Shown here in pieces: positions 33,097 through 43,015 of a stretch of DNA of 53,597 bases. The notes under the pieces are model-generated. The model was not told the DNA's origin. It ran no database searches and was given only the letters and a program-made list of their open reading frames with translations. This stretch comes from Syntrophaceae bacterium. Lineage in GTDB: Bacteria > Desulfobacterota > Syntrophia > Syntrophales > UBA4778. Numbering within the stretch: position 1 is the stretch's first letter; each line of letters begins with the position of its first letter. The position numbers were made by a program, and so were the translations under genes. The stretch spans positions 1 through 53,597 of the forward strand of contig JBDKTK010000417.1 in the NCBI GenBank assembly GCA_039680225.1, read 5' to 3'.

Positions 33097-34269
33097 TTGA
33101 AGAAGGTCATCATTAAGAAAAGTTCTGCGGCGAAACTCGCTTCATATTTCCCCTGGGTGTACGACAATGAAATCCTGGAAGTGTCTTCGGATGGGTTGAA
33201 AGCGGGTGATATTGTTGAGATATTTACAAAGAAAGGCGCTTTCCTGGGGACGGGCTATTACAATCCGCAGAGCGTCATTTCCGTGCGGGTCCTTTCTTTT
33301 CAAAGAGAGGAAATCGACAGGCAATTCTTTGTTGAAAAAATCCGTAAAGCTTTCGAAGCGCGGAGGGACATCCTTAAAATTACCGATGCATTCCGGGTTG
33401 TCTATTCCGAAGCAGACGGCCTGCCCGGTCTTATTGCTGATTTCTATAATGGTTTCCTTGTTATTCAAATAAATACGGCCGGAATGGAACAAAGACGGGA
33501 GATGATAATAGATGCCTTCCGCCAAGTCATTGATTTAAAAGGGATATACGAGAAATCAGATTCCCGTTCGCGGGAAAAAGAGGGACTTGGGACGGAGGAG
33601 CAGCTGATCTCCGGCGAGGTCCCTGCCAGGGTAAATATCCGGGAAAACGGAATAAGCTTCCTGGTCGAGATCAAGGGAAGCCAGAAGACGGGCTTTTACC
33701 TCGACCAGCGGCGCAACCGCTGCATCACGGCCGCGCGGATCGGGAAAGATATGCAGGTATTTGATATTTTTTCCAATACGGGGGCCTTTGGAATATATGC
33801 CGCTAAACAAGGCGCCCGGGTCAAAGCGGTTGATGTCTCCCTGCCGGCGCTCGATATTGCCCTGGAAAATGCCCTGCTCAACGATGTGCAGATAGAAACC
33901 GTCAGATCCGATGCTTTTGATTTCCTTGATGATGCCGTTAACAGGGGATCAAGGGCCGATGCAGTCATCCTCGACCCTCCGCCTTTCAGCAGATCGCGGG
34001 GCGCCCGGCAGGGGGCAATCAGCGGACTCAAACACCTTGTCCTCCAGGGTCTGCGCGTCCTGAACGAAGGCGGCCTGCTCGCTGTTTTTTCCTGCTCCCA
34101 CCATGTCTCAGTAAACGATCTCATGGCACTGTCGCTGGAAGCGGCGCAGGACACCAGGTCCAGGCTGGAAGTAACAGACTTTCTGTTCCAGGACGTGGAC
34201 CATCCATATATTATCAATATCCCTCAATCTCTTTACCTCAAGGGTTTACTTTTCAGAAAACATCATTAG
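33097..34269 (+). CDS. rlmI: class I SAM-dependent rRNA (cytosine-C5) methyltransferase, RlmI-like (PUA + MTase)
   Basis: 390 aa with a TTG start. It has an N-terminal PUA-like region, GLPGLIADFY, QKTGFYLDQR, the SAM motif VFDIFSNTGAFG and DAVILDPPPF. Confidence 0.75.
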   Translation: MKKVIIKKSSAAKLASYFPWVYDNEILEVSSDGLKAGDIVEIFTKKGAFLGTGYYNPQSVISVRVLSFQREEIDRQFFVEKIRKAFEARRDILKITDAFRVVYSEADGLPGLIADFYNGFLVIQINTAGMEQRREMIIDAFRQVIDLKGIYEKSDSRSREKEGLGTEEQLISGEVPARVNIRENGISFLVEIKGSQKTGFYLDQRRNRCITAARIGKDMQVFDIFSNTGAFGIYAAKQGARVKAVDVSLPALDIALENALLNDVQIETVRSDAFDFLDDAVNRGSRADAVILDPPPFSRSRGARQGAISGLKHLVLQGLRVLNEGGLLAVFSCSHHVSVNDLMALSLEAAQDTRSRLEVTDFLFQDVDHPYIINIPQSLYLKGLLFRKHH

Positions 34270-34372
34270 ATTACAGGAAACCTCGGGAAAATTGCTGTTG
34301 TATTTTGCCCGAAATGGCGATATTCTCGCCGCGGAAAAAAAGAAATTAAGGATCTGGAGGGTCAAATAAGTT

Positions 34373-35827
34373 ATGGAAAAGAGTAGCAAAAAGACTTTTT
34401 TCAAGTTCTGGTTCGTCTTTTTTATCGGACTTCTAATTGTCTCTGCTGCCGGAATCCTTCACTTCTCGTTCGCTGCTAAATCTGCGTCTAAAGTTCCCCC
34501 GGTAACCACGGTCAGCGCCAAGGAAATTGTTTCAGTTCCAGCATTATCCTTTGCAGATCTCGTGGAGAAAATAAAGCCCGCCGTAGTTAACATCAGCACC
34601 ACAAAAGTAATAAAGACCGGAGGACGGGGACAGGGGTCTCCTTTTGGCGATGACTTTTTTGACCGGTTTTTCGGCGGGGATGACTTCATGAAGAGATTTT
34701 TTGGAGACACTCCCCGGGAATTCAAGCAGAGGAGCCTCGGGTCCGGTTTCATCATCACCAAGGACGGGTATATCTTTACAAACAACCATGTTGTTGAAAA
34801 GGCTGACAAAATCAAGGTGCGCCTTTCCAACGGAAAAGAATACGATGCCAAGGTAATAGGGAAGGATGCCAAAATTGACATTGCCCTGATAAAGATTAAC
34901 GCGTCCAATAACCTCCCGGTGGCCGACCTCGGCGATTCCGACAAGCTGAGGGTGGGCGACTGGGTCCTGGCGATCGGCAATCCTTTCGGCCTTGAGCAGA
35001 CCGTTACCCAGGGAATAGTGAGCGCCAAGGGCCGCGTGATCGGCTCCGGTCCGTATGACAATTTCATCCAGACGGATGCGTCGATCAACCCGGGCAACAG
35101 CGGGGGGCCTCTTTTCAACCTGGAGGGCAGGGTTATCGGAATAAATACTGCGATAGTCGCCCACGGGCAGGGGATCGGCTTTGCCATACCGGTCAACATG
35201 GCCAAAGACATCCTCAATGACCTGAAATCGAAAGGTAAAGTGACCCGGGGCTGGCTGGGCATTTCGGTCCAGGACATTACAGAAGATTTAGCCTCGAAAA
35301 TGGGGATAAAAGAAAGGGAGGGGGCCCTGGTTGCCGATGTGGTCGCCGGGGATCCCGCGGAAAAGGCGGGGCTTCGGACGGGCGATATCATTACTGATAT
35401 CGACGGCAAAAAAATTCACGACACTCACGAACTGCTCCGGATAGTTGCCGGGGTACCTGTGGGAAAATCCGTGACTATCAAAGCCATGCGCGACGGGAAA
35501 GTTCAGAATTTCAATGTTACAGTGGGCGAGCGAAAAGACCAGGAAGTCGCGGTTAAGGAGAAAGCGGGAGAGTATTTCGGGATGACTGTCCAGGATATTA
35601 CTCCTGAGCTGGCCGAACGCCTGGGTTTGAATAAGCGGTCCGGGGTCATCGTTACATCAGTTCAGGAAGGGAGCCCGGCCGATGACGCCGGCATAAAGCC
35701 GAAGGACGTCATACTGCAGGTGAACAAGGTCAATATCAAATCCATGAGGGATTTCCAGCGCGAAATTGGCAAAGGATCAAGGGACGGAGTGCTGCTGCTC
35801 GTGAAAAGCGGCGGGGTTTCCCATTAA
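34373..35827 (+). CDS. degP: Do/DegP/HtrA-family periplasmic serine endoprotease with two PDZ domains
   Basis: 484 aa with an N-terminal anchor. The catalytic triad context is TNNHVV, DIALIK and GNSGGPL, followed by two PDZ regions. Confidence 0.9.
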   Translation: MEKSSKKTFFKFWFVFFIGLLIVSAAGILHFSFAAKSASKVPPVTTVSAKEIVSVPALSFADLVEKIKPAVVNISTTKVIKTGGRGQGSPFGDDFFDRFFGGDDFMKRFFGDTPREFKQRSLGSGFIITKDGYIFTNNHVVEKADKIKVRLSNGKEYDAKVIGKDAKIDIALIKINASNNLPVADLGDSDKLRVGDWVLAIGNPFGLEQTVTQGIVSAKGRVIGSGPYDNFIQTDASINPGNSGGPLFNLEGRVIGINTAIVAHGQGIGFAIPVNMAKDILNDLKSKGKVTRGWLGISVQDITEDLASKMGIKEREGALVADVVAGDPAEKAGLRTGDIITDIDGKKIHDTHELLRIVAGVPVGKSVTIKAMRDGKVQNFNVTVGERKDQEVAVKEKAGEYFGMTVQDITPELAERLGLNKRSGVIVTSVQEGSPADDAGIKPKDVILQVNKVNIKSMRDFQREIGKGSRDGVLLLVKSGGVSH

Positions 35828-35852
35828 GTCGTCATTCAGAAATAAATGAACC

Positions 35853-35884
35853 GGGGCGGGCCCAAACGGCCCGCCCTTTTTGTT
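35853..35884 (+). terminator. rho-independent terminator after degP
   Basis: GGGCGGGCC-caaac-GGCCCGCCC followed by TTTTTGTTT. Confidence 0.8.
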
Positions 35885-35885
35885 T

Positions 35886-36569
35886 ATGAATAAAACCGGG
35901 AAAGCAGAAAAGCGGGCAACTTCTCAAACAAGGCTGGTCCGGAATATTTACACCATCCTGAACCGGCATTATGGTGACTTGAAGTGGTGGCCCGGGGAAA
36001 CGCCTTTTGAAGTGATCGTGGGCGCCATTCTCACCCAGAACACGAGCTGGGACAATGTCTCAAAAGCCATAAAAAATCTCAAGGCGGCGGTCATGCTCTG
36101 CCCGGTGAAGCTGAATTCTGCCGGGCAGGCCGAAGTCGCCGGGCTGATCAGGCCGGCGGGCTACTATAATGTAAAAGCGGGGAGACTGAGGAATTTTCTC
36201 CTCTTTCTGTTCGGGGAGTTTGGAGGGGATATCGATTCCATGTTTTCCCTGGAAGCCGTGAAACTGCGGGAAAAGCTGCTGGGCATCAACGGCATCGGGG
36301 AAGAGACGGCTGACAGCATCCTGCTTTATGCGGGAGCGATGCCTGTTTTCGTTGTGGATGCATATACGAAGAGAATCATGTCAAGGCATGGGATCATTGA
36401 AGGCGACCCCGGTTATCCGGAGGTCCAGAAATTGATAACGGCCAATATACCCAAAGACGTAAAGCTTTATAACCAATACCATGCCCTTATAGTCCAGACA
36501 GGCAAGGATTTCTGCCGGAAAAAGCCACTGTGTGGACAGTGCCCGCTAAGGGGGCTCGGCCATGCATGA
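35886..36569 (+). CDS. endonuclease III-related HhH-GPD protein with C-terminal 4Fe-4S cluster loop
   Basis: WWPGETPFEVIVGAILTQNTSW, INGIGEETADSILLY and CRKKPLCGQCPL. ATG 35886 is preferred because the tracked TTG 35880 lies inside the terminator T-run. Confidence 0.75.
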   Translation: MNKTGKAEKRATSQTRLVRNIYTILNRHYGDLKWWPGETPFEVIVGAILTQNTSWDNVSKAIKNLKAAVMLCPVKLNSAGQAEVAGLIRPAGYYNVKAGRLRNFLLFLFGEFGGDIDSMFSLEAVKLREKLLGINGIGEETADSILLYAGAMPVFVVDAYTKRIMSRHGIIEGDPGYPEVQKLITANIPKDVKLYNQYHALIVQTGKDFCRKKPLCGQCPLRGLGHA

Positions 36570-37614
36570 ATACACCGGGGTCATCCATTTCCACTCGGAA
36601 TACTCAAATGACGGCAGGGCTCCCATCCCTGCAATAATCGAAGCGGCCCGGGAAAACAAAATCGACATACTGATGTTGACGGACCATGAAAACCTGGATG
36701 TGCGCTCCTCGGGACAGGAAGGCTGGCACGGCAACGTACTGCTGATTTCCGGGGAGGAGATCTGCCCCTCCCAGTTCAATCATTACCTGGCATTCGGCGC
36801 GCGCGAGCCCTTGAGCCGTTATTTTTCAGAACAGACCGGGCCGCAAACGGTTATAGACCGGGTCCGGGATGAGGGGGGGATCGGCATAATAGCCCATCCC
36901 GACCATGAGGGGACCGAATTGTTTCACGTGAAACAATATGCCTGGAAGCATTGGCCGGTTTCCGGGTTCACGGGCATGGGTATCTGGGATTTCATGACGG
37001 ACTGGCAGTCGTCCCTGAGCGGTTACGCAAAGGGCATGGCCAGCTACTTTTTCCCCGCATTTTTCCTGCGGGGGCCCCGGAAGGAAACGCTCGAGCGCTG
37101 GGACGAACTCAATCAGACTGCCAGGGTCGCGGGAGTAGGGGAACTGGACAATCATGACACCCCCTATAAATTCATGGGAAAGATCTGGAGCGTGTTTCCC
37201 TTCAGAAAGGCTTTCCGGTTCATAAGGAGCCATTTCATCCTGGAGAGTCCCCTGCAGCATGACAAAGACGCCGATATCGCGTCTGTTTACGAGGCTTTGA
37301 GGAATGGCAGGATCTTCGTCAGCCTCGATTATTTCGGGCAGGCCCGCGGATTCCTGTTCATTGTCCTCCAGGACGGCAGGGAGCTTCACCTCGGCGACGA
37401 TCAGGCCTTTACAGGTAATGCTCACGCCCGGGTCAGGACACCCGGCCCCGGCAGGATACGCCTGCTCAGGGACGGCAGCCCGGTCGCGGAGGTTACAGGA
37501 GAGTCCCTGGAACTGGAGCTGCGGGAAAAAGGCGTTTACAGGGTGGAAGTTTACAACAGGGCATACGGCTGCTACAGGCCCTGGATCTTTTCCAACACCA
37601 TTTATTTGCGGTGA
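36562..37614 (+). CDS. PHP-domain (CehA/McbA-like) metallohydrolase
   Basis: 350 aa with the N-terminal GVIHFHSEYSNDG and LMLTDHEN histidinol-phosphatase-type motifs. It overlaps the upstream gene by 8 nt. Confidence 0.65.
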   Translation: MHEYTGVIHFHSEYSNDGRAPIPAIIEAARENKIDILMLTDHENLDVRSSGQEGWHGNVLLISGEEICPSQFNHYLAFGAREPLSRYFSEQTGPQTVIDRVRDEGGIGIIAHPDHEGTELFHVKQYAWKHWPVSGFTGMGIWDFMTDWQSSLSGYAKGMASYFFPAFFLRGPRKETLERWDELNQTARVAGVGELDNHDTPYKFMGKIWSVFPFRKAFRFIRSHFILESPLQHDKDADIASVYEALRNGRIFVSLDYFGQARGFLFIVLQDGRELHLGDDQAFTGNAHARVRTPGPGRIRLLRDGSPVAEVTGESLELELREKGVYRVEVYNRAYGCYRPWIFSNTIYLR

Positions 37615-37640
37615 TTTCAGTCCGCAGAGTCTTGGGGTGT

Positions 37641-38423
37641 TTATTTGATATCTATTTCGAAAAGGGCAGGCCAGTTCTTTCCGGTGACGAACAGGCGGCC
37701 TGTTTTTGTGTCGTAAGCTATTCCGTTGAGGGCATCCGCCTTCTCAGATTTTATCTTGGCCCGAAGGCGGCTCAGATCGATCCACTCTTTTACCTGTCCC
37801 GACTCAGGGGAAATGCATGCTATGTAATCGCTTCCCAGGACATTGGCGAAGATGCGCCCTTTAACGAATTCGAGCTCGTTTATAAGGAAAACCGGCTTCT
37901 TGCCGTCCCGGACCCTGATTTTCTTCAAAACCGCGTAATTTCCCGGGTCCATGAACATCAGGGTATCCGTGCCGTCGCTCATGATAAGGCGCCTGCCGTC
38001 CGTGGTGAGCCCCCAGCCCTCGGTGTCGTAGGAAAAGGAATCGAGCTGACGGAAGCTCCGCAGGTCGTAAACGAAACCCACGCCGGAACGCCACGTGAGC
38101 TGATAGATCCTGCGGCCCAGGATTGCTATGCCCTCGCCGAAATAACATCCCGGGAGGTCCTTCTTCTTCAAGACCCGCCCCGTTTTCAATTCCACTTTGC
38201 GCAACGAGGAGGAACCGTTTAGTCCCGTTCCCTCGTACAAATATCCCTCATGGTAAACAAGTCCCTGGGTGAAAGCTGCGGAATCATGGGGGAATTCATG
38301 GACGATGCTGCAGGAGCGGACCGGCGCAAAGAACGGCCCGGCGCTTAATCCGGCGGCCGGGCAGGCTGAACTTACGAAGGCCAGGAAAAATAAGAACAGA
38401 CCGATGCGGCGGGCTGGTTTCAT
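37641..38423 (-). CDS. glutaminyl-peptide cyclotransferase (beta-propeller, plant/bacterial type), exported
   Basis: Start placed at ATG 38423 (MKPARRIGLFLFFLAFVSSA), with an ATGA overlap on the lpd stop. FTQGLVYHEGYLYEGTGLNGSSSLRKV and GEGIAILGRRIYQLTW are typical. Confidence 0.8.
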   Translation of the reverse strand: MKPARRIGLFLFFLAFVSSACPAAGLSAGPFFAPVRSCSIVHEFPHDSAAFTQGLVYHEGYLYEGTGLNGSSSLRKVELKTGRVLKKKDLPGCYFGEGIAILGRRIYQLTWRSGVGFVYDLRSFRQLDSFSYDTEGWGLTTDGRRLIMSDGTDTLMFMDPGNYAVLKKIRVRDGKKPVFLINELEFVKGRIFANVLGSDYIACISPESGQVKEWIDLSRLRAKIKSEKADALNGIAYDTKTGRLFVTGKNWPALFEIDIK

Positions 38424-39769
38424 AAAGGATTGATCATCTCGCTTAATGTGGGGTGGGCGATGATCCACTTTTTGAACTCCGCTTTTCCCAGCCCGTTTGC
38501 GACGGCGAGCCCCAGCGGGGCTATCATTTCCGCCGCGTCGGCCCCGGCCAGGGTGGCTCCGACCAGCCGGTCTTCTCCGAAGAGGAGTTTGCCGAAGCCG
38601 TTGGCTTTCAGCTCGATCCTGGCATACGTGTTGGCGGCGTATTCAAAAGAGATCCGCTCCAGACCGGGATACAGCGATTTTGCCTCAGACTCGATAAGCC
38701 CGACCCGGGCTATGTTGGGCGCTGTATAACAGACATAAGGCAAGGCGATATCCTGGTACTTGACGGAACCATCTCCGAAGAGTCTGTGCGCCAGGGCTTT
38801 TCCCTGCCGGGCGGCCCTGTGGGCGAGGAGGGCCCCTCCGGTCACATCGCCCACAGCGTAAATTCCGGCAATATTGGTCATCATCGCCGCATCAACAGTG
38901 ATCGCTTTTTTGTTGTGCGCTATCCCGATCAAATCAAGCTCTTCCGTGTTCAATGCCGCTTTTCTGCCTGTACAGATCAGCGCATAAGCACTCGTAATTT
39001 CCATTGTTTCATCGGAACGAAAGATTTTCAGCCTGACTGAATCCCGACCGGGCGCGATATTTTCAACCCGGGAAGAGCAATAGATGTCCACGCCGGATTT
39101 CCTTAACTCTTTATCCAGAAAAGCGGAAGCCTCAGGCTCCTCGCACGGCAAAATCCGGTCCATGAATTCGATTATCGACACTTTGGCCCCGAGCTGCGAG
39201 AGAAAGGTTGCGAACTCCAGCCCAATCACGCCTCCGCCGATGATGGCAACCGAAGCGGGCAATTCCTGCAGGTCAAGGAATCCATCCGAATTCAGCATGC
39301 GCCCGGAAATTTCCCAGCCTGCCGGTATCTGGGGCTTCCCCCCCCAGGCGATCAGTATATTCCGGGCTTCTATCCTCTCAACCGATTTCTCCGATGTTAT
39401 TTCCACCTGTCCCGCGGATACGATGCGGGCCAATCCCTGTCTCATTTCCGCACCTGAATCTTCCAGGGATTTCCGGACCCCCAGCACGGCAGTCCTGACT
39501 ATTTGATTCTGGTGGCGTTTCATCGCGGAAAAATCGAAAGACCCGGTTGCGGAGATCCCCAGGCGCTTGAGCTTTCCGAGTTCAGCAAAGCTCCGGCTGC
39601 AGGCCAGCAGGGCCTTGGTCGGCACGCAGCCGCAGTTGGTGCAGGTCCCGCCCCAGCCATTCTTTTCGACTATTAATACGCGCGCCCCGAGCTGCGCGGA
39701 TGAAACGGCCGCAGCGTGGCCGCCCGGCCCCGAGCCGATTACTGCAAGATCGTACGCCTTCGCGCTCAC
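38420..39769 (-). CDS. lpdA: dihydrolipoyl dehydrogenase
   Basis: YDLAVIGSGPGG (FAD), the redox-active GGTCTNCGCVPTK, VAIIGGGVIGLE (NAD) and the C-terminal HPTLSE. I prefer GTG 39769, which is preceded by the SD AAGGGAG. The tracked ATG 39829 adds 20 residues and has no SD. Confidence 0.9.
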   Translation of the reverse strand: MSAKAYDLAVIGSGPGGHAAAVSSAQLGARVLIVEKNGWGGTCTNCGCVPTKALLACSRSFAELGKLKRLGISATGSFDFSAMKRHQNQIVRTAVLGVRKSLEDSGAEMRQGLARIVSAGQVEITSEKSVERIEARNILIAWGGKPQIPAGWEISGRMLNSDGFLDLQELPASVAIIGGGVIGLEFATFLSQLGAKVSIIEFMDRILPCEEPEASAFLDKELRKSGVDIYCSSRVENIAPGRDSVRLKIFRSDETMEITSAYALICTGRKAALNTEELDLIGIAHNKKAITVDAAMMTNIAGIYAVGDVTGGALLAHRAARQGKALAHRLFGDGSVKYQDIALPYVCYTAPNIARVGLIESEAKSLYPGLERISFEYAANTYARIELKANGFGKLLFGEDRLVGATLAGADAAEMIAPLGLAVANGLGKAEFKKWIIAHPTLSEMINPL

Positions 39770-39950
39770 TTTATGCTCCCTTTGTGAAAAAGATAAGCCC
39801 CTCTGTTCACTGAATGAAGAGACATTCAACTAATATCATAGAGAGGCGGTGTTTTCTAATCCTTAACCTTTGTATTTGCGCGGTTTTTTTACTTGACCGG
39901 CAACGGGTTTTCCTATTCTAATTGGCTGCGTCCAGGCGCAAGGAGGACCA

Positions 39951-41297
39951 ATGAGCGCAAAAAAAAATCACGATCACGTATTTTACAGGAACCCCAATAA
40001 ATACTACCCCACTGTGGACCGGGGCGAAGGCGTATACATTTATGACACCGATGGGAAGCAGTACCTGGACGGGTCAGGTGGGGCAGCCGTTGTGCTGATC
40101 GGCCACGGGATAAAGGAGATCAGGCAGGCCATGCTGGAGCAGGCCGAGAGAATCTCTTTTACGCACGGCACACATTTCACAAGCGAGCCCGCCATGAAGC
40201 TGGCCGACAAGCTTACTGCCATGGCGCCGTCCCGTTTGAACCGGGTTTACTTCGTCTCCGGGGGCTCGGAGGCGGTTGAGACGGCGGTTAAGATGGCCAG
40301 GCAATACCAGGTGGACCGCGGCGCCGGCACGAAATTCAAGGTTATATCGCGCTGGACCAGCTATCACGGCAATACGCTCGGCGCCCTTGCGTTGAGCGGC
40401 CATACAGGGCGGCGCAAATACCATCAGCCTTTGCTGAAACATACGCCGCACATCGCTCCGGCATACTGTTATCGGTGTCCTTTCGGGTCGGAACCAGATA
40501 AATGCTGCCTTGAATGCGCGGAAGACCTGGAGAAAACAATCCTGTACGAGGGCCCGGATTCCGTTTCGGCCTTTATTGCCGAGCCGGTCGTGGGCGCCAC
40601 TGCCGGCGCGCTTGTCCCGCCGCCCGGATATTTCCCGCGGATCAGGGAGATATGCGATAAATACGATGTGCTCCTGATCTCGGATGAGGTGATGACCGGC
40701 CTGGGCAGGACGGGAAAGAATTTCGCCATTGACCACTGGAGCGAGCCCGATATGATCGTCTGCGCCAAGGGCCTGGGGAGCGGCTATACCCCCCTGTATT
40801 GCGTGATTTCGGACGAAAAGATCCATTCTTCAATCCAGGCCGGTACGGGGAATTTTATCCACGGCTTCACATACGGCCAAAACCCGCAGTCGTGTGCCGT
40901 GGGCCTTGCCGTCCTGAATTATATTGAAAAAAACAATCTCATATCCAGGTCAGTCCGGCTCGGGTCATATCTGCTCGACAGGCTCAAATCTCTGCTGCAG
41001 CACCCTGTAGTCGGCGACGTGCGCGGATTGGGGTTGTTCTCCGGGGTGGAATTCGTCAGAGACAGGAAAACGAAAGAACCATTCGATCCGAAAATGAAAG
41101 TCAACGCGCTCATCGCCGGCCGCGCCTTCGAGATGGGCCTTGTCACTTATCCGGGAAGTGGAGGGGCAGACGGAATCCGTGGAGACCACATCCTGATTGC
41201 GCCTCCTTTCATCATTACCGAGGACCAGATCGATTTTCTGGTATCGACGCTGGATGCGGCAATCGGGGAGATCACGAGGGAACACAATCTGGCCTGA
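39951..41297 (+). CDS. class-III (omega/beta) pyridoxal-phosphate aminotransferase
   Basis: 448 aa with GGSEAVETAVKMAR, LLISDEVMTGLGRTG and the PLP lysine context IVCAKGLGSGY. SD AAGGAGG upstream. Confidence 0.8.
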   Translation: MSAKKNHDHVFYRNPNKYYPTVDRGEGVYIYDTDGKQYLDGSGGAAVVLIGHGIKEIRQAMLEQAERISFTHGTHFTSEPAMKLADKLTAMAPSRLNRVYFVSGGSEAVETAVKMARQYQVDRGAGTKFKVISRWTSYHGNTLGALALSGHTGRRKYHQPLLKHTPHIAPAYCYRCPFGSEPDKCCLECAEDLEKTILYEGPDSVSAFIAEPVVGATAGALVPPPGYFPRIREICDKYDVLLISDEVMTGLGRTGKNFAIDHWSEPDMIVCAKGLGSGYTPLYCVISDEKIHSSIQAGTGNFIHGFTYGQNPQSCAVGLAVLNYIEKNNLISRSVRLGSYLLDRLKSLLQHPVVGDVRGLGLFSGVEFVRDRKTKEPFDPKMKVNALIAGRAFEMGLVTYPGSGGADGIRGDHILIAPPFIITEDQIDFLVSTLDAAIGEITREHNLA

Positions 41298-41315
41298 TCC
41301 GGGAACTGGAGGATA

Positions 41316-42164
41316 ATGGACAGGGTAATTATCACCGCGGCAATTACGGGCAGCCGTATAAACAGGCAGACGGCGCCCAATATCCCCATAACTCCGGACG
41401 AGATAGCCCGGTCCGCCATAGAGTGCTGGGAGGCGGGCGCCTCGATCGTGCACATCCATGTCCGCGACCCGCAAACAGGCCTGGGGACACAGGACCCGGG
41501 CCTGTTCCGCCAAGTGGTCGAGAAGCTCAGGAGAGAAACAGACCTGATCCTGAGCCTTACTACGAGCGGTATCCCGGGAATGAACCTTCCCGTGGAGGAA
41601 AGGTTGGGCCCCCTGTCATTGCATCCCGAACTTGCCTCTTTCGACGCGGGCACCATAAACCTGGGGGGGAAAGCCTTTATAAACACCCCCGAGTTCCTGG
41701 ACCGGGCGGCGGAAATGATGAATATCCAGGGAGTAAAGCCGGAAATAGAGATATTTGATTCAGGCATGATTGTCACATCGCTGAGGATGCTTGATGAGGG
41801 GAAACTGGAAGCGCCCCTTCATTTCCAGTTCGTGCTCGGCACTCCCTGGGGCGCTCCGGCCACTCCGAAATCGCTGCTGCATCTGCTCGAGCATATTCCC
41901 CCGAAATCGACCTGGTCTGTGATAGGCATCGGAAAAGGGCATTTGCCGATGGCGATGATGGGGCTGATCATGGGAGGCCACATCCGGGTCGGGATGGAGG
42001 ACAATATTTATTACGATCACGGAGTCCTTGCCAGGAATAACGCCCAGTTCGTCAGACGGATCGTCCGGATTGCCCGGGAATACGGACGCGAGCCGGCAAG
42101 CACTTCAGAAGCCCGGGAGATCCTCGGCCTGAAAGAGTGCGGTTTTTATAACATTTTTATTTAA
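41316..42164 (+). CDS. beta-keto acid cleavage enzyme family protein (BKACE/DUF849; 3-keto-5-aminohexanoate cleavage enzyme-like)
   Basis: 282 aa with the N-terminal VIITAAITGS...PITPDEIA....WEAGASIVHIHVRD, characteristic of DUF849/Kce. Confidence 0.75.
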   Translation: MDRVIITAAITGSRINRQTAPNIPITPDEIARSAIECWEAGASIVHIHVRDPQTGLGTQDPGLFRQVVEKLRRETDLILSLTTSGIPGMNLPVEERLGPLSLHPELASFDAGTINLGGKAFINTPEFLDRAAEMMNIQGVKPEIEIFDSGMIVTSLRMLDEGKLEAPLHFQFVLGTPWGAPATPKSLLHLLEHIPPKSTWSVIGIGKGHLPMAMMGLIMGGHIRVGMEDNIYYDHGVLARNNAQFVRRIVRIAREYGREPASTSEAREILGLKECGFYNIFI

Positions 42165-43008
42165 ATGAGACGATATGGGCAGCCCTGTACGAGCTTCGTA
42201 CGAGCGGCCCCGATTCCACCTTCCTGAAGCCGATAGAGAGGGCAGCTTCTTTCAAAAGCTGGAATTCTTCCGGGCTGTAATATTTTTCAACGGGCCAGTG
42301 GCTGGAAGTGGGCTGCTGGTACTGGCCGATTGTAATTATCCGGCAACCTGCAGCCGAAAGTTTTTTCAATAATTCAATTATATCTTCCCAGTCCTCTCCA
42401 AGCCCGACCATAAATCCAGATTTCGTAACAATTCCGGATACTTGCACTTTACCTAGAATATTCAAAGAAAGATCGAATCCGCCCTCCGGCCGGATTGCGC
42501 GGTAAAGCCTTGCCACAACTTCGATGTTGTGATTGATAACGTCCGGCCCGGCAGCGATTATCTTTTTCAAAGCCTGGACGTCCCCGTGAAAATCGGGGAT
42601 GAGCACTTCAATCCGGCACCCCGGGATCTCCCTTCTGAGCGCGGCCACAGTTTCCGAAAAGATTTCCGCGCCGCCGTCGGGCAGGTCGTCCCTGGTCACC
42701 GATGTGACCACAATGTATTTGAGTCCCAGTTCTCCGGCTGCATCTGCCACTCGCTGCGGTTCGCCGGGATCAACCCTGCCGGGACGGCCATGGCGGACGT
42801 TGCAGTAAAGGCAGTTGCGGGTGCAGGTATCGCCGAGGATCATGAAGGTTGCAGTCTTCGCCTGGAAGCACTCCGCCATGTTGGGGCAGCGCGCCTCCTT
42901 GCAGACCGTGTTGAGCCCGCGCCTGTCGAGGATTTCCCGGACTGAATAGAATTCGGGGCTGGACGGTATTTTAACCTTTAGCCAATCCGGCTTGCGTATC
43001 TTCGGCAT
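42157..43008 (-). CDS. lipA: lipoyl synthase
   Basis: 283 aa with PDWLKVK, the auxiliary cluster CKEARCPNMAEC and the radical-SAM motif CTRNCLYCNV. Confidence 0.9.
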   Translation of the reverse strand: MPKIRKPDWLKVKIPSSPEFYSVREILDRRGLNTVCKEARCPNMAECFQAKTATFMILGDTCTRNCLYCNVRHGRPGRVDPGEPQRVADAAGELGLKYIVVTSVTRDDLPDGGAEIFSETVAALRREIPGCRIEVLIPDFHGDVQALKKIIAAGPDVINHNIEVVARLYRAIRPEGGFDLSLNILGKVQVSGIVTKSGFMVGLGEDWEDIIELLKKLSAAGCRIITIGQYQQPTSSHWPVEKYYSPEEFQLLKEAALSIGFRKVESGPLVRSSYRAAHIVSFK

Positions 43009-43015
43009 ACGGGAA

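Noticed and set aside
42157-42164. The 3' ends of the convergent BKACE gene and lipA overlap by 8 bp.
   Set aside because: This is probably just compact genome organisation with no room for a terminator. It is noted but not considered functionally informative without transcript data.
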